The translations under genes and the position numbers were made by a program. A model generated the notes under the pieces. It saw only the letters and a program-made list of their open reading frames with translations, searched no databases and was not told where the DNA came from. From NCBI RefSeq assembly GCF_009914755.1, contig NC_060931.1: a stretch of 64,000 bases of DNA. One strand, written 5' to 3'. Each line of letters starts with the position of its first letter. Positions within the stretch are counted from its first letter, which is position 1. The stretch is from the human T2T-CHM13v2.0 reference genome, Homo sapiens. Of this stretch, positions 1 through 15,795 are shown piece after piece.

Positions 1-1721
1 TTGCAGATTGAGCTAATGCTAATAAAAGTTCAAATTACTCACAAAGCCTCAGCAGTTATGGTGAATTATTGGTGGTTTACTTGCCCCTTCAAATGAACTG
101 TAAACTTTTTAAGGACAGAGGATGTATCACTATTAGAGTCTCAGCTCCTAACACAGATAAAGGATTCAATAAACATTTAATAACATATGAACAAACAACA
201 TTGTGACCATTCTCATTTTTAAAAATGGCTCTTCCTGTGTGCATTTCTAGGTGTTCAACTACAAAGAACAAATGTAATTTAGTGAATTATTAATAAGACT
301 AAAAATTCAATTAATTAGACTTACTTTGGAATGAATGGTGTATTTTTAAATTATTAGTAAAGTCAACAAAATACTTTTTCATTTCAAATATATATTTGTC
401 AAATATCATAAAGTATAATGTTTGTGTGAAATAATTTGATCTGTCTTTTGTGCCCTGGAGTAACTAACAATGGTTTTTCATTTCACATATATTGCATTTC
501 ACAGAAGGAACACACGATCAATCAAATTGACACCTGAAATTAAAGGCATTGGAATTGATTTCCTTAATAAATACTATTCTTCATTAGGAAGGAACTCCTG
601 ATTCATGAATTTTCTCATATGTACAGAAATATATTGTTAGAGAAAATAGAGGAGTGAAAACAGAGAAGACAGAGGAGTGAAAACAACTGGACAAATACTT
701 AAAAAAGTGTCTCAGTATGGCAAAAAATATTTTTTTAACAATTGACATTTAAAGGACAAAATGTAGCAGGGGCCATATTTTTCATTAACTTGATAATGTC
801 AAAGAGACGGCTCAGTTTCCTACAAGTTAAAGCAGAAGATCATGTTAATGAGATAATTTTATTTCCTTGGAAACTATCAGAATAGCGGGTAGAAAATACA
901 GAAGTCATTTATAAAATATTACTTTTCAAATATAGAAAAAATGAATTTTGCTATTTTCAAAACATACTTTGTTTTAAGCCATAGCTGGAGGAGTAGGTAG
1001 AGAAAATGCCCTGGAGAAAACTTTCTGCATTATCTCCACCTGAATAGAGCTTTATATCAGGAGGTTACTATTTGCTCCCGCTATAATAATTTCAGAGGAT
1101 ACTACTCATGATGGAGAAAGCAGAGGGCCCACGGTGTGAATCTCTTCTGGTGATTTAATCACAGTCATTAAAGAAAGCAGGATTATGAACACTGCCAGCC
1201 ACCAGCTGCAAATACAATATCTGAAATTTATTTTTGCAAATATACTGGCAATTTTATAGCAGTTTGAATGAATACTAGGGAGAGCCTATTCAGTTGGTAC
1301 ATTTACTGAATTAGGCATTGAGTTCCAGAGAGTGCAATTGCTGCTAGAGTTCTATTTTAACATTCTCTTGAAAAGATACATATAAATAAAATTATATTTT
1401 AAGCACCCTAGAGAGTATTTACACACATAGGAAAAACCTACTCTAAGTCCCTTTACAAAATAAAATTTTACTGAATGACCTCTAGGTATAAATTTTTTTC
1501 AAATTCCTATGAATTTATAATTATTTCAAAATAAAAAGTTGTATAATAATTTACTCTCTAAAGTATCATATAGCTGGGCTTTCGTAATTTTTTTTTTGTT
1601 TTATTTTGTTTTACAGAAGAGTACACTTGTTTTATCTCTTCATGGTTTCATCTTTTTTTTTCTTTTTTTAAGAAGAAGAGTACACTTGTTCACCATAGGT
1701 AGTATGGTGACCAGCTTTTCA

Positions 1722-1890
1722 CTCATTCAATAAATATTTATTGTGTGGATATAGATAATAATATGGCAAGGAGTGGGGGACTGCTTTTACATAAGGTCAT
1801 CAGAGGAGGAGGGTCTCTCTGAGAAGGTGGCGTGAGCAGAAACGTGAAGGAAGTAGGGGAGAAAATTATGTGGATATCTGGGGAAGGAGC
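1722..1890 (-). mobile_element. L2 LINE relic
   Basis: ctcattcaataaatatttattg is an L2 3'-end signature in reverse, followed by degenerate L2 body (ctctctgagaaggtggcgtgagcagaaacgtgaagga). Boundaries approximate. Confidence 0.55.
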
Positions 1891-2282
1891 CTGACAATAT
1901 ATCTCAATATACTAATTAAGAATCATCATTATTGTAACATACGTTTTTATATAAGAGAGATGGATTATGCATAATCCTTGATGCATAGTTCACATGTGAG
2001 CATATGGTTTAGAATTGCAACTAAAGAGTATAGCAGATGTTGTTCGAAACCTACAACTTAACAATCTTTTAGATTGTCTTTTAGACATGGAAATGTTGTT
2101 TATTTCAGTCTTAGTTCCTCATCTGTAAAATAGGAACAACAATATCTTGGGGTTTTTTTAAATAAATGAAATAATATGTGTATAATGCTTCACACAAAAT
2201 ACGTACTTAATGTAGTAGTGATTATCATTTAAAATAACAAATAAATGTAAATTAGAACTCTATCCCGATTGCTTTGAATAGC

Positions 2283-3420
2283 ATTCATTTATTTATTCAT
2301 TCAACAATATTAATTAAGACCAGACTATGTTCTAGGCACTATTATAAGTGATTCAAATAACAAAATTTTTGAAATTTACAGAAGACCAGTGTATTTCTTA
2401 CTGCATGGGATATAAAAATATATCATTTATAAGATAATGCAATAATTGTCACAATAAAGAATACAAAGTAAATTCACCCTATTTGAGGGTCTGAATGAAA
2501 GTTTCGCAGAGGAGGGGATGCACAAAATTAAACCTTTCAGGATGATGAATAAGTGAAATGAAGAAACCACAGCAGTTAGAGCAGAAAGGATGGAGTAAAG
2601 TCAAATGGAAAGAAATAAACAAACAAGATAGTCACTTTTGGAGAACTGTATGTCATTCTTTGACAGCCTGTCAGTGTACCTGTAAAAAAAAGAAGTGAAG
2701 TTAGAATTGCAGGCTGGAAGGAAATAATGCAGGCTCTTTTATGCCTGAGGGCTTATATGCCACACCCAAGAACCTAGACTTTGTTCTGTGACATTCTGAA
2801 GGCGAATAGTTGGCTTTCCATTTCAAAAAGCTCATTTGGCAGCAATGATGGGAATGGTGTGGATGAATTTCTGATATTGGATCAAGAGACTTTAATTATA
2901 CATAGTGTTTCAGAACATCCTGGCTCAAGATTTGGTGAGAAGGAGGTAAAGAGAGATACCCAAAGGTAGGAAGACAGACGTAATAAATTTCCAATTCAAT
3001 TACTTAGTCTAAAAAAATTAGTGATCAGTTACACACCGCTATTCAAGACATTGGCACAATGTCAAATATCAATGAACTAATACTACTTGGTGGCTGGTTA
3101 GATATGGAAAAGAGAGGAAGAAGAAGGAGTCTAAGGTATTTTTTAAAGAACATAGGCTAAATGAAACTGAAAAAGGAAGTAGAGTAAGAGGAGTAAATCT
3201 GGAGAGGAGGGTACTGAATTCAGTCCTGCAGAAGTGAACATGTGGACCTGGTTGTAGGAGGTATAAGTCTGCAGAAAGAGAGACATTAATTTCTGCCCTG
3301 GAGGAAGTGACACAGGTAAGGGTTGAATGTGGTCTCCCCTGGAGAGCAAGTAGGAGTGGGCCAACTGGATAGGACTGTGAAGAGGAATAGATGGGGTGGG
3401 ATAGATGTGGTGGAGAAGAA
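2283..3420 (-). mobile_element. L2 LINE relic (3' part)
   Basis: attcatt...caacaatatt...ctatgttctaggcact L2 terminus plus purine-rich L2-like body. Boundaries approximate. Confidence 0.6.
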
Positions 3421-3448
3421 ATTGTCCTTGTGATGTCTAGGATGCATC

Positions 3449-4196
3449 TGTTCTTCCCGGTTTTATCCTTGGCCATTTTGATGTTTTCTAACACCAACAA
3501 CTAATTCTTTTGAGACCAACTGAGTGTCCAATAATTGAATTCAATCCTGATGCTATCTACCTAGAATTAAAGTCAGATCCCACAAGATAAAAGGCTCAGC
3601 CCCACAAGACTGCCCTCAGTACAAAGGCCAATTGCAAGTCATGGGCCACTTACATATCTGACAGACACCGGCCATAAATTGGGGGTGCTCACAACCTCCT
3701 CCTCAGATATGATAATTTTCTAAAGGGTTCACAGAACTCAGAAAAGCACTTTACTTATGTTAATGGGTTTATTACAAAGGATACAACTCAGCCACAGCTA
3801 AACAGAAGCGATTCATAAGGCAAGGTGTGGGGTAAGGGGGAGAATGGTGCATTGAGCTTCCATGCCCTCTTAGGGCATGCCACCATCTTAGTACCTCTAC
3901 GTGTTCACCATCCCAGAAACTCTCCAAATCTCATTGTTCAAGAGTTTTTATAGAGCTCAATCTCCAGGACTCCAACTTCCTCGAAGGTGGGTGGCTGAAC
4001 GGAAAGTTCTAACCCTCTGATTACTTGGCATCTTGGTGACCGTCCCTGTCATGAGTACAAACTTGGGTATGATTTAAAGGGGCTTGTTATGAATAGCAAA
4101 AGACACTTCTATTACTCAAGAAATTCCAAGGGTTTTAGGAGCTCTGTGACAGGAACCAGGGACAAAGACTAGATATCTATTTCTTACTATGCCACA
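3449..4196 (-). mobile_element. MER21-family solo LTR (ERV)
   Basis: Minus strand starts TGT...agtaagaaatagatatctagtctttgtccctggttcctgtcacagagctcctaaaacccttggaatttc, matching the recalled MER21 5' end. Internal cagatcccacaag/ccacaagactgccc motifs also fit. Confidence 0.8.
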
Positions 4197-6112
4197 GCCA
4201 TATTCCTTACTTGTTTAGTGTATTTTCTTATCAAGGGCTCTCCTATTTCAATACCATATCTATGATGATAACTCCTGCAATTGCATTCCCAATTCATGGA
4301 TGAATCTAAGCTTTTAGTCTTGGCCTGAACAAAGTGATCTTTAAATGATCTCAACATATTTGACATCCACAACACAAATAAATCTGAGACAGGCATTTGA
4401 AACAATGAAGTTTATATTTAACATCCCCAATATGATATTGTGCCCATAGTAGGTGCTCAATAAACATTTAATGATGGAATATAAATCCAGCTCTAGCTTA
4501 CAGATTTATCATTTTGGCCTTAGATAAAATAGAGAACCAAGGACCAATATTTATCTCAAACATCACCACACAATAGATATCAACTTTGTATTACATTTTT
4601 GAAAAGGTTATATAACTACTGGAGACAAAGTTAAGTTTTTCCATTTGAAGATTTGTTGACAGTGTAAAAGAGATTAATTATTAATTACTGAGATTATTTT
4701 TGTCTTCAAAGTCATATAACCTCATTCATTAAGGCCCAAATAATTGCATATAAGTTTAAACATCATATATATACGATGAAACTCATTTTACAACAAATAC
4801 TGAAAAGAAGGATCAAAAATAAAGAGATGCCCAAAGTGCTTATCTGCCCTTAAAATAGAACTATTTCAATTCGGCAAGAAAAATAGTGAATTCTGGGATT
4901 ATACATCTAAAACAGTTCCATAAAAATGTATATTAGATTCTGATGCAATAGTTGTCCCTCTTTTAAGAAATTTTGTTTGGATATATTGACTAAATTGGAC
5001 AGGTTAAATAATTTTACTGTGGAAACCACTTGTCAACATTGCATAGTGGAAGAGTCACACATAAACCTACCCAAGCCATTATTTCTCCATTTTCACTGTG
5101 TCTTTGTAATGTAGTCTTGTTAAGGATGGGAACAATTCTTCTCACTTATGCTTTTGTTGGACAAAATCTAACAGTGAGGTACTCATTCTATAAAGCAGTA
5201 GCAAGTCTTTAAGCATGTAGAAGAGTAAGCAAGTGTATGAATTCATTAATATAGAACAATAAATCAGATCAATAGAGGCTTGCCTATCAGTACCTCATGT
5301 TTAAAAGAAATAGATTATATATAATTTAATAGAGATCAAATTACCACAACATGATGTTATGTGCATACAATGCTTTGCTATCAATATTGCATGATGTGTT
5401 TAACTATTTACGATAGGAGAAAAAAGCATCAAATAATTAATAGCATAATAGCATTTCAACAAAGTTGTTAAGAAAGTGTTAAATAGCTTTGAAGCTATTA
5501 ATTCAGTAATGTATCACTTATTCATATTAATTGGAGTGGGTCCATATAAATTAGTGAAAAAATGGACTTGTAGAACATTTTAATATACGTGTAGTTTTAT
5601 AACATGATATTTCAAACTATGGAAATGCTATCAAAATTACTAGGCAGAGGTTTTGCTGAGCTTACACTAAAGATAGATATGACTCACTTATAACAGACCT
5701 ATTAATTGTATGCAAATGTATGCTTTTAAAATTCTAAAACATAATATGCATCTTAATGAGTAGGTTAAATATTTCTCCTTGAAATTTTATTCATGCCATT
5801 CATTCACTTCCATTCTTTCATGGGTAGTGCACAAGGAAATGTTAGCCCCATGATTATGTATGCAGTGAGGTTTAAATTGATGAGATTTCATTTTCTACTT
5901 AAGAGGGATCATATTTAGAGCCATCTCTACTATTTTTGGTACTCTTACAAGAAGTTCCATTGCTTCCAACATTGGGCAAGTCCATGGCTCCGAACTTCCC
6001 ATCAAATTCAGAATTCAGCCTAAAATTTTTACTAAGCCTCTATGAAGAATCATAAAGATGAGTCCCAATGACTCCATGAATTTCTACATCATTATTTTCA
6101 TGTCATGGAGAC

Positions 6113-6330
6113 TGTATAGTGTAGTGTGGACTCTGGGTTCAAAATGATTGGATGTGAATTCACATATAGACCATGTCCCTTTGGGCAAATTATTTAGCCC
6201 CTCTGTACACCAGCTGTAAAATGAGAAAAATAATAACAGAGAGTGATTGTTAGGATTAAATCAATTAACACATATCAATGTCTTAGAATAATTTCTTGAA
6301 CATGGTGAGTACTCAATAAATCTTTGTATT
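6113..6330 (+). mobile_element. MIR SINE
   Basis: ctctgggttcaaa...gggcaaattattt...ctgtaaaatgaga...ggattaaat...ctcaataaat MIR core and tail. Confidence 0.7.
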
Positions 6331-7251
6331 ATCACAACATTTATTGTTTTTAGTTTCAAGTTAATTTCACAAAAGCTTTCCTAATGATCCACACAGTTGA
6401 ATACTTGTCTTTACTGCATTACATGGGTAATTATTTTTTCTTCTCTTATATAGAGGAGTTAAAACTGTATTTGTTGTTTTCTAATAAAAACTTAATGAAT
6501 TAACTGAAATTTTAGTATGAGGAAATAGTCTCTATGTTCTGTTACCTACTGTGTCTGGTTTAGTTCTACATTCATTATGGTCTTATTTTATATCCTCCAA
6601 GCTAATTTTTTCCTATCTTTCACCTTTTTTCCTCTTCTAAGCAAATCTCACCTTAGATAATTTGAAAGAAAAATATTAGTCTCTATTTACTTGCCTCTTC
6701 ATACCCAGCCTAAAATAAAATGCTGAACAGAGTATGCAGGACGAACCACACCTGATCTACCACAAAATACTACTAAACATTAAAGTACACAATTAAGAAA
6801 CAAAATTGAAATGCCACTTGGTTAACCATTGTTTTTATACAAGACTTAATTCCTTGAGGGTTTCTACTGTCACACAACTTCTCCTTGTGAGGTGTACCTG
6901 AACAGCAAGAGGCTTCCTTTGTTCCTAACTTTCCTGATTTCCGTCAGGAATACAGCATGATATGGACTCAGGAACAGGCTGATTGTCTATTCTTGACATT
7001 CCTGAAGATGTTTAGGTTATGAAGTTGATTATAGCATGAAATCTTGGGTTCTTGATTCTTGGAGCTCCCATCTCTGTCTCTTTAGTCCCTCTTCCTCCAC
7101 TCTCTCTCTGGGGAAGTGGAGGATCACTGGAAAGAGGCTAAAGGAGGTAAATTTCTGGCTATAGTCTTCTGTTAATCACTTTTATGTAGTCTGTGTTTAT
7201 GCTTAGGTGCTATGACCTTTCTATTCCACGTTCCTAAAGATATGAGTAAAA

Positions 7252-7452
7252 AATGGCTTCTTGACTTTATCATGCATAAAAACCATTTGGGATAATTTAT
7301 TTGAAATGTAGATTCCTAAGTTCATCCCTCCCGCCCCCTAATAGATTCTAACTCAGTACGTTGGGTGGAACCACAGAGTCTGCACTTTAAATACGGCTCT
7401 TCTGTAGATTGTGATATAAGTGGCCTTTGTGAATAGTTTCAGAAACGCTGCC
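7252..7452. mobile_element. MER5-family hAT-Charlie MITE
   Basis: aaatgtagattcct...agattctaactcagt...tctgcactttaa...tttcagaaacgctg pattern typical of MER5A/B. Confidence 0.6.
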
Positions 7453-7568
7453 TTACAATGCTTCAATCAATAAAATGCTTCCAGATTTCTAGTAAATTGA
7501 AAACAGCACAGGAAATCACAGCTAGTCAAACTGCCAATTATTATATGAGATTTATCACTTTTCAACAG

Positions 7569-7870
7569 TTTTTTTTTTTTTCTATTGAGATAGAGTCTCA
7601 CTCTGTTGCCCAGGCTATAGTGCAGTGGTGTGATCTTGGCTCACTGCAACCTCCACTGCCTGGGTTCAAGCGATTCTCATGCCTCAGCCTCCCGAGTAAC
7701 TGGGACTACAGGCACACACAATCACGCCCAGCTAATTTTTTTGTATTTTTATTGGAGACAGGTTTCGCCATGTTGGCCAGGCTGGTCTTGAACTAGTGAC
7801 CTCAGGTGATCCGCCTGCCTTGGCCTCACCAAATTGCTGGGATTATAGGTGTGAGCCACTGTGTCCGGCC
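7569..7870 (-). mobile_element. Alu (AluS-type)
   Basis: Poly-T tail, gagatagagtctcactctg...gacctcaggtgatccgcctgcct...ccggcc; full dimer. Confidence 0.95.
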
Positions 7871-8059
7871 CAGATTTTAATATTCTAATACCATTGCCTC
7901 CAGAGCCATCACCTTTAACTACATGGGAAAAACAAATTCTTCCTTTGGCCATGAAGAAATATGATTTCCTACGTTAGACTGAGATTATCACCAAGAAAAA
8001 GCAACAGACATGCTTTATCAGTTGGTTCTTAGCAAAGTTATGCCATGGAGTACACTTGA

Positions 8060-8114
8060 TTCTTTCTTTCTTTCTTTCTTTCTTTCTTTATTTTTTATTT
8101 TTTATTTTTTTTTT
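8060..8114. repeat. (TTTC)n / T-rich tract (outer A-tail on minus strand)
   Basis: Directly visible ttctttctttc...ttttttattttttatttttttttt. Confidence 0.85.
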
Positions 8115-8130
8115 GGCATCAGATTATTTC

Positions 8131-10672
<2,542 letters not shown>

Positions 10673-10774
10673 GTTCTAGGATCAGTGCCTATTGCCCAGG
10701 AAAAGCCCAGTCGTCTTCTCATTTGTTGAACAACAGTTCCCCCTACTGGAATACTTGCTGAAATCCCTTCTACA

Positions 10775-10816
10775 TTATTATTATTATTACTATTATTATT
10801 ATTATTATTATTATTA
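10775..10816. repeat. (ATT)n microsatellite
   Basis: attattattattattactattattatt... directly visible. Confidence 0.9.
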
Positions 10817-11439
10817 GGAACAAAGCACTGGATTTTAAATTTAAAGTCCCCTACTTTTACTTCGAGGTCATGCTTTAATAATTGTGCTCTCCAGGTTGGA
10901 GGAATCCTTCAAAAGTTAGATAGGGAAAGGTGCTTTATTTTGACATGTGATTTGGCCACTGAAATTAACCCTAAAAGATAATTAGAGTCTTGGTTTAGTG
11001 GCCAGGGGTCAAGTCTCAAATTTCATGTCTGGATTGAACACATTTTTATTTTAAGTAATTTAGCTGTGCTCCCTTTTACGCATCCCAAAATATATTGGCC
11101 AGAACTCCAGTGGGAAAGCGACCTTGAGTTTGCAATGGCAGTTCAGGATTCATCACACTAATTTTTCAATCCCTTTGATATGACTTTAAGCCATTTTATA
11201 AAAGATGAAACTATTTGATATAAAGGTAAATGATTTCTGCCTACCAGATATTTATCAGCACTGTCTGAAAAGCCAGGTTACAGATATTTGATATACTTTT
11301 AAAGTTTGGGAAATTGGTTCTATTTCTACCAGCATGTGGAATTTGTATGCCTCTCTATTAAATATTGTAGATATTAGTCATTCTGAACTTTCCATCATTC
11401 ATCTTGCTATTCCCCTTCTTATATACTAACCTCGAATCC

Positions 11440-11878
11440 AATAGGTCTCAAAGTGTGGCCTAGGGGACTCCTGTATGGTCAAAACCATATGCATGCTAAG
11501 ATATTAATTGCCTTTTTAGCTTTTATAAAAATGGAATTTTCCAGAAGTGTGTGATGAGTGGTATCTCCACAGATTAAATGCAGAAGCAAAGGTAAGAATC
11601 CATTGGTCTTGCTTCTATTAATTTAGACATTAAAGAGAATTGAAGAAAATATTTGTTTTACCTTGCAAAATGTATTTTTCAAAAAATATTTATGTTAAAA
11701 TATAATGGCTTATTATTATTTAAATAAATTAGTAAATATTTTAATAATGCATCAGTTTTAATTTCTAATGTGGCAAATATTCATTAGTATAACCCATAAA
11801 AGCCAAAGCTTATTAAAGCCCTCCATAACTGCTAAGAGTGGAAAGGTGTCCTAATACCAAACATTTGAGAATGATTGC
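11440..11878 (+). mobile_element. Charlie4a-like hAT DNA transposon
   Basis: tctcaaagtgtggcc...aatgcagaagca...agacattaaagaga...ctaagagtggaaaggtgtcctaataccaaacatttgagaatgattg resembles recalled Charlie4a along its length. Confidence 0.75.
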
Positions 11879-13069
11879 TGTTCACATTACATGCCCATTG
11901 CTTTTTTATGACCCTGCCTAGTCACTGTTTTTGACTAAAATACTGTTCTCATACTTTTCATTTTGTACATGTAAATCTTCACCGCTATTTCAAATCCAGC
12001 CGAATTTCTACCACTTTTGTAACTGTTCTGTTCACCCCTACCCCAATGTTTCTCTCCCTCATCTGTTAAGAGTTCCAATGAGCTTCTCTCACTCCATTAA
12101 TCCTTTTTCAACTTTTTAATTACAGTTTATTTTTCTTTATGACTGCTCTTTTATGTTAGCCTTGAAGATCCTTGAAGAAATTAAAAAGCAGAGTCTGCTT
12201 ATTATTTGTGGATTTTCTCTCCCCATTTCCAGAACTCCATATAATGCCTAGTAAAAGCAGGTAGCAGATAAATACGTTCTGGGTATGCATCCTACAGATC
12301 TTCCTCCTGAGTTCAAAGAATTCTTTCTAAACCTACTGCAGATTTGATTCAGTGCAAACAATGAATACAGAACCATCTCTAAGCACAATCATGAACAGAC
12401 AGAATTGCCTGTAGTTGCCTCCAGTCTCCCAGTTGCCCTATGCCATCCATACAGTTCCTGTCTTTCTTTCCTCTTCCCATCCCCTTCAAGATTCCAAATG
12501 CCCTTCCCAAGATTCCTCCTGCCCAAGAACCTCGTTAAATAAAGTTTGAAAAACACTTCACATAAATTGGCCAAAAAACATAAAGCCTCTTTTATGGTCT
12601 CAAATTTTTATGGAATGAGGATGGACATAAAGAAGAAAATAAACTAAGAAATGAGTTAATGATTTATTTTTTCTCTGCAGTACTTACATTTTAAATAGAG
12701 ACCATGGGCCAGTCTCCTTTTGTAATTTAAACTGTGTAGGAGAAATCTTTGTGTTTGGTGGGGAAAAGGTTTTTTTTTTTCCTTTTGCAAAAGTGGAACA
12801 TGAGTACCATTCTGACTGTAATTCCTGGTAAACTTGCCACTGAGGGGAAACAGTGAGAAAAACCTACAAGCTAACCTTGGCCTGTCTTCCCAACTTCACT
12901 GTTATTGTACCACTAATGAAGACAATAACTGTAATACTAAATCTCATCCCCTAAACAGTGGTTTACAGGAAAAAGGTTGTATGGCCATGGACATTTCAAA
13001 ATGGGACGTAGCATGTAATATCTTTATGTATATCTACAACAATACTTTTCATCATGAGAAGCACACTAA

Positions 13070-13200
13070 AGTGATGAAAAGAGACTGAAGTTGGGCATCA
13101 GGAAACCTAGAGTCTGGTGTCTGTCTCCCAGAAAATAGCTATGTAGCCTTAGTTGGGCCACTTAAATTCTCTAGATCTCAGTTTCCTCACCATTACCCAA
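13070..13200 (+). mobile_element. MIR fragment
   Basis: tcaggaaacctagagtctgg...gggccacttaaattctctagatctcagtttcctcac. Confidence 0.55.
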
Positions 13201-15303
13201 TATTTTTTGAGCTTTCTTCTGGAACTGATTTAGTAAAATCAAAATACTAACCTAGATAACCTCTAATTTATTTCCAGTTCCATGGAAAATAAATCAATGT
13301 TGACTCTAGGTATTAAGCACAGCTAAATTATGAATAGCTGGTTCAAGTTCACCAAGTTCATTTAGGAAGTTAGTGGTGAAATCAAGGCAAAAATCCAAAT
13401 TCAGTGAACGTCATTTTCTACACTGTGAGATTTTTAGCTCTAATATCAACCCAGTATCAAGGAAAGGGTAGAGATAAGGGTAAGGGCTCCTAATGGTGAC
13501 AGAAACACAGGTAGAACTTTATTAAATGATTTCTTAACCTACCTTCACACTAAGTAAATCTATGATTAAAAAAAACTCTTTCCTTTTTTTAGCCTTTTTC
13601 CCCTCATTAGATATCTCTTACACAACTCCAAAAAATCTTTTGAGTAACTTGAGAAAGATAAATATTATCAATATTAATTTAGTTAATATTAAATTTGTTT
13701 ATCTGCCCTTTCTTCTTCCTCCATTTCTGAATTTTGTCCAGAAAGGTCAAAACGTGATTTTCAAAAATTAAATTTTCCAATGTGTTCAAGTGATAAGGAA
13801 GTTTGTAGAATCATATTCCTGTTTGTTTATGACTATGAACTATAGCCCACTGGTGGCTTATGCTATCCCTAAGGTGCCATATGCTAAAATTTTAGAAAAA
13901 TACTGAAATTGTAAATTTTTGCTGATTCTGTTTGGGAACATATTTCAAAAGTTCTGAAGTCAAATATTTATTTATTAAAATTTATTCTGAATTATGCTTC
14001 CCCTTTTCCTTCCCCTGTGGACTTTTCTGGCATTCATATTTATTTCCACTTATTAATAATATATAGCATAGGATTTTCACATTTCAAAAAGTAAACATAA
14101 CAAATAGTTCCTTCCACAGGAATTAGTTCATAAAAGTGCCTGAAATTGTATCTGCTGTCTGAAACTCTAAAGAAAAATTACTTAAGTGTACTTATCAAAG
14201 GCAGATGGGGCTCATCACCAGCCAGCAGGAAAAACCCACCAACTAAGGTTATGACAAAGAGAGTCCCTTTTAGAATATTAATTATGGGATTGTTTGACAA
14301 GTGCAGTCATGAGGTTCCTTCTAGTTTTATTCAGACACTAATTAATTAAAAAAAAAACCCTCAAGAACTGGAGATACCATGTCAACTTGAAGGCTCATTC
14401 CTTTTAAATAGAACATTGGTTAATTAATATTTATACACCCTTTTTAGGTAACTAGAATAAAGTCACCAGGGACTGCTGTCTCACCCAATAGCCATGTCTA
14501 AAGATGCTTGTACTTCTCAGGCACTTGAAACATTAGCAAGCCAATTAAATAGAAGCAAGGTGCTTAGGTAGGCCCTCAATAAATACTTGCTGAATGATTA
14601 AACCTAAAATGGGTATGATGCTTCTGCTTTGAAGATTACATATGATATCTTCCCATTGAAAATTTGTTTTTCAGAAAATTTCTGCTTTAACAAGAAATGC
14701 ACCGGAGAGAACAGCAATGGTCATTATTTATATTGATAGGAAAATTCAACAAAGAGAAAGAAAATTTGAAAGTGAAATTAACAATATGATTCCTAAGCAC
14801 AATCAGAAATTCACTGCAATATTTTCCTCCTGTATTGAGGTCATGGTTACCAGATGGTCCCTTTGATCTACAATGAAATTAACAGATACCATCCAAATGC
14901 CCTATAAATTATTAAATGCTAATAGTTTTGTTATCTTAAAAAGAGCAATGCTATAAGCTCTCTCAGAGGTTAAAAAATTCCAATGGAATATTAAAGAATA
15001 ATGTTATAAATCCAGAATTTAATGGAATAGAATAGCTAATGCTAAAACATAAAATGTGTGTTAAATATAATGATGATAGATAATTGACACTGAGCAGTTT
15101 ATCTTATAAAAAGAATAACATTTTAGATGCAACTAAAAGTAGTACAGAGAAAATAAGAAAGGTGAACATTTTAAAATGTCTACAAAGCAGAAAATACTTT
15201 TAAACCTTGAATTTAAGTTATTCTGGTGATAAGTGAATTACTTTAACATCATAAATTTATTCTTCTTGCAGTAGATTCTTATCTCAACTTACTATAAAAA
15301 GGC

Positions 15304-15795
15304 TGTAGTAATTTACCATTGCTGCTGTAACAAATTACTAAAAAAGTGATAGCATAAAACAACACTGATTTATTCTCTTACATTTCTGGAGATCAGAAGT
15401 AAAAATCAAGTTCACCTGGTTAAAGTCAAACGTCAGCAGGAGTGGTTATTTTGGAGGCTGGAGGGGAGACTCTCTTGCCTTTGCCTTTTCCAGCTTCTAG
15501 TGGCTGCCTGTATTTGCTGATCTGTGGCCCAGTTTTCCGTCTTCAAAACACATCACTACAATGTCTGCTTCCATCATCACGTAGGCTTCTTTTATGGTTC
15601 CTTCTGGGTCCCTCTTATAAGGACTGTTGTCATTACATCAGTCTCACCCAGATAACCTCTGATAATCCCCCTATCTGAAGATCCTTAATTTAATCACATC
15701 TGCAATTCTCTTTTTGCCACATAAGATAATGTATTCATAGCTTCTGAGATTTAGGGCATAGACATCTTGGAGGGGCTATTATTGAGCTTACCAGA
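15304..15795 (-). mobile_element. MLT1D-like MaLR solo LTR
   Basis: tgtagtaatttaccattgctgctgtaacaaattac...ccttttccagcttctag...aatcacatctgcaa...; exact 5-bp TSD aaggc at 15299-15303 and 15796-15800. Confidence 0.88.

Noticed and set aside
3069-3500. 143-aa minus-strand ORF
   Set aside because: It spans L2 and MER21 relics, has a non-ATG start and contains no intact recognisable domain.
8048-8058. gagtacacttg shared with the duplicated module at 1615-1690
   Set aside because: An 11-bp match 6.4 kb away with no extension; likely chance.
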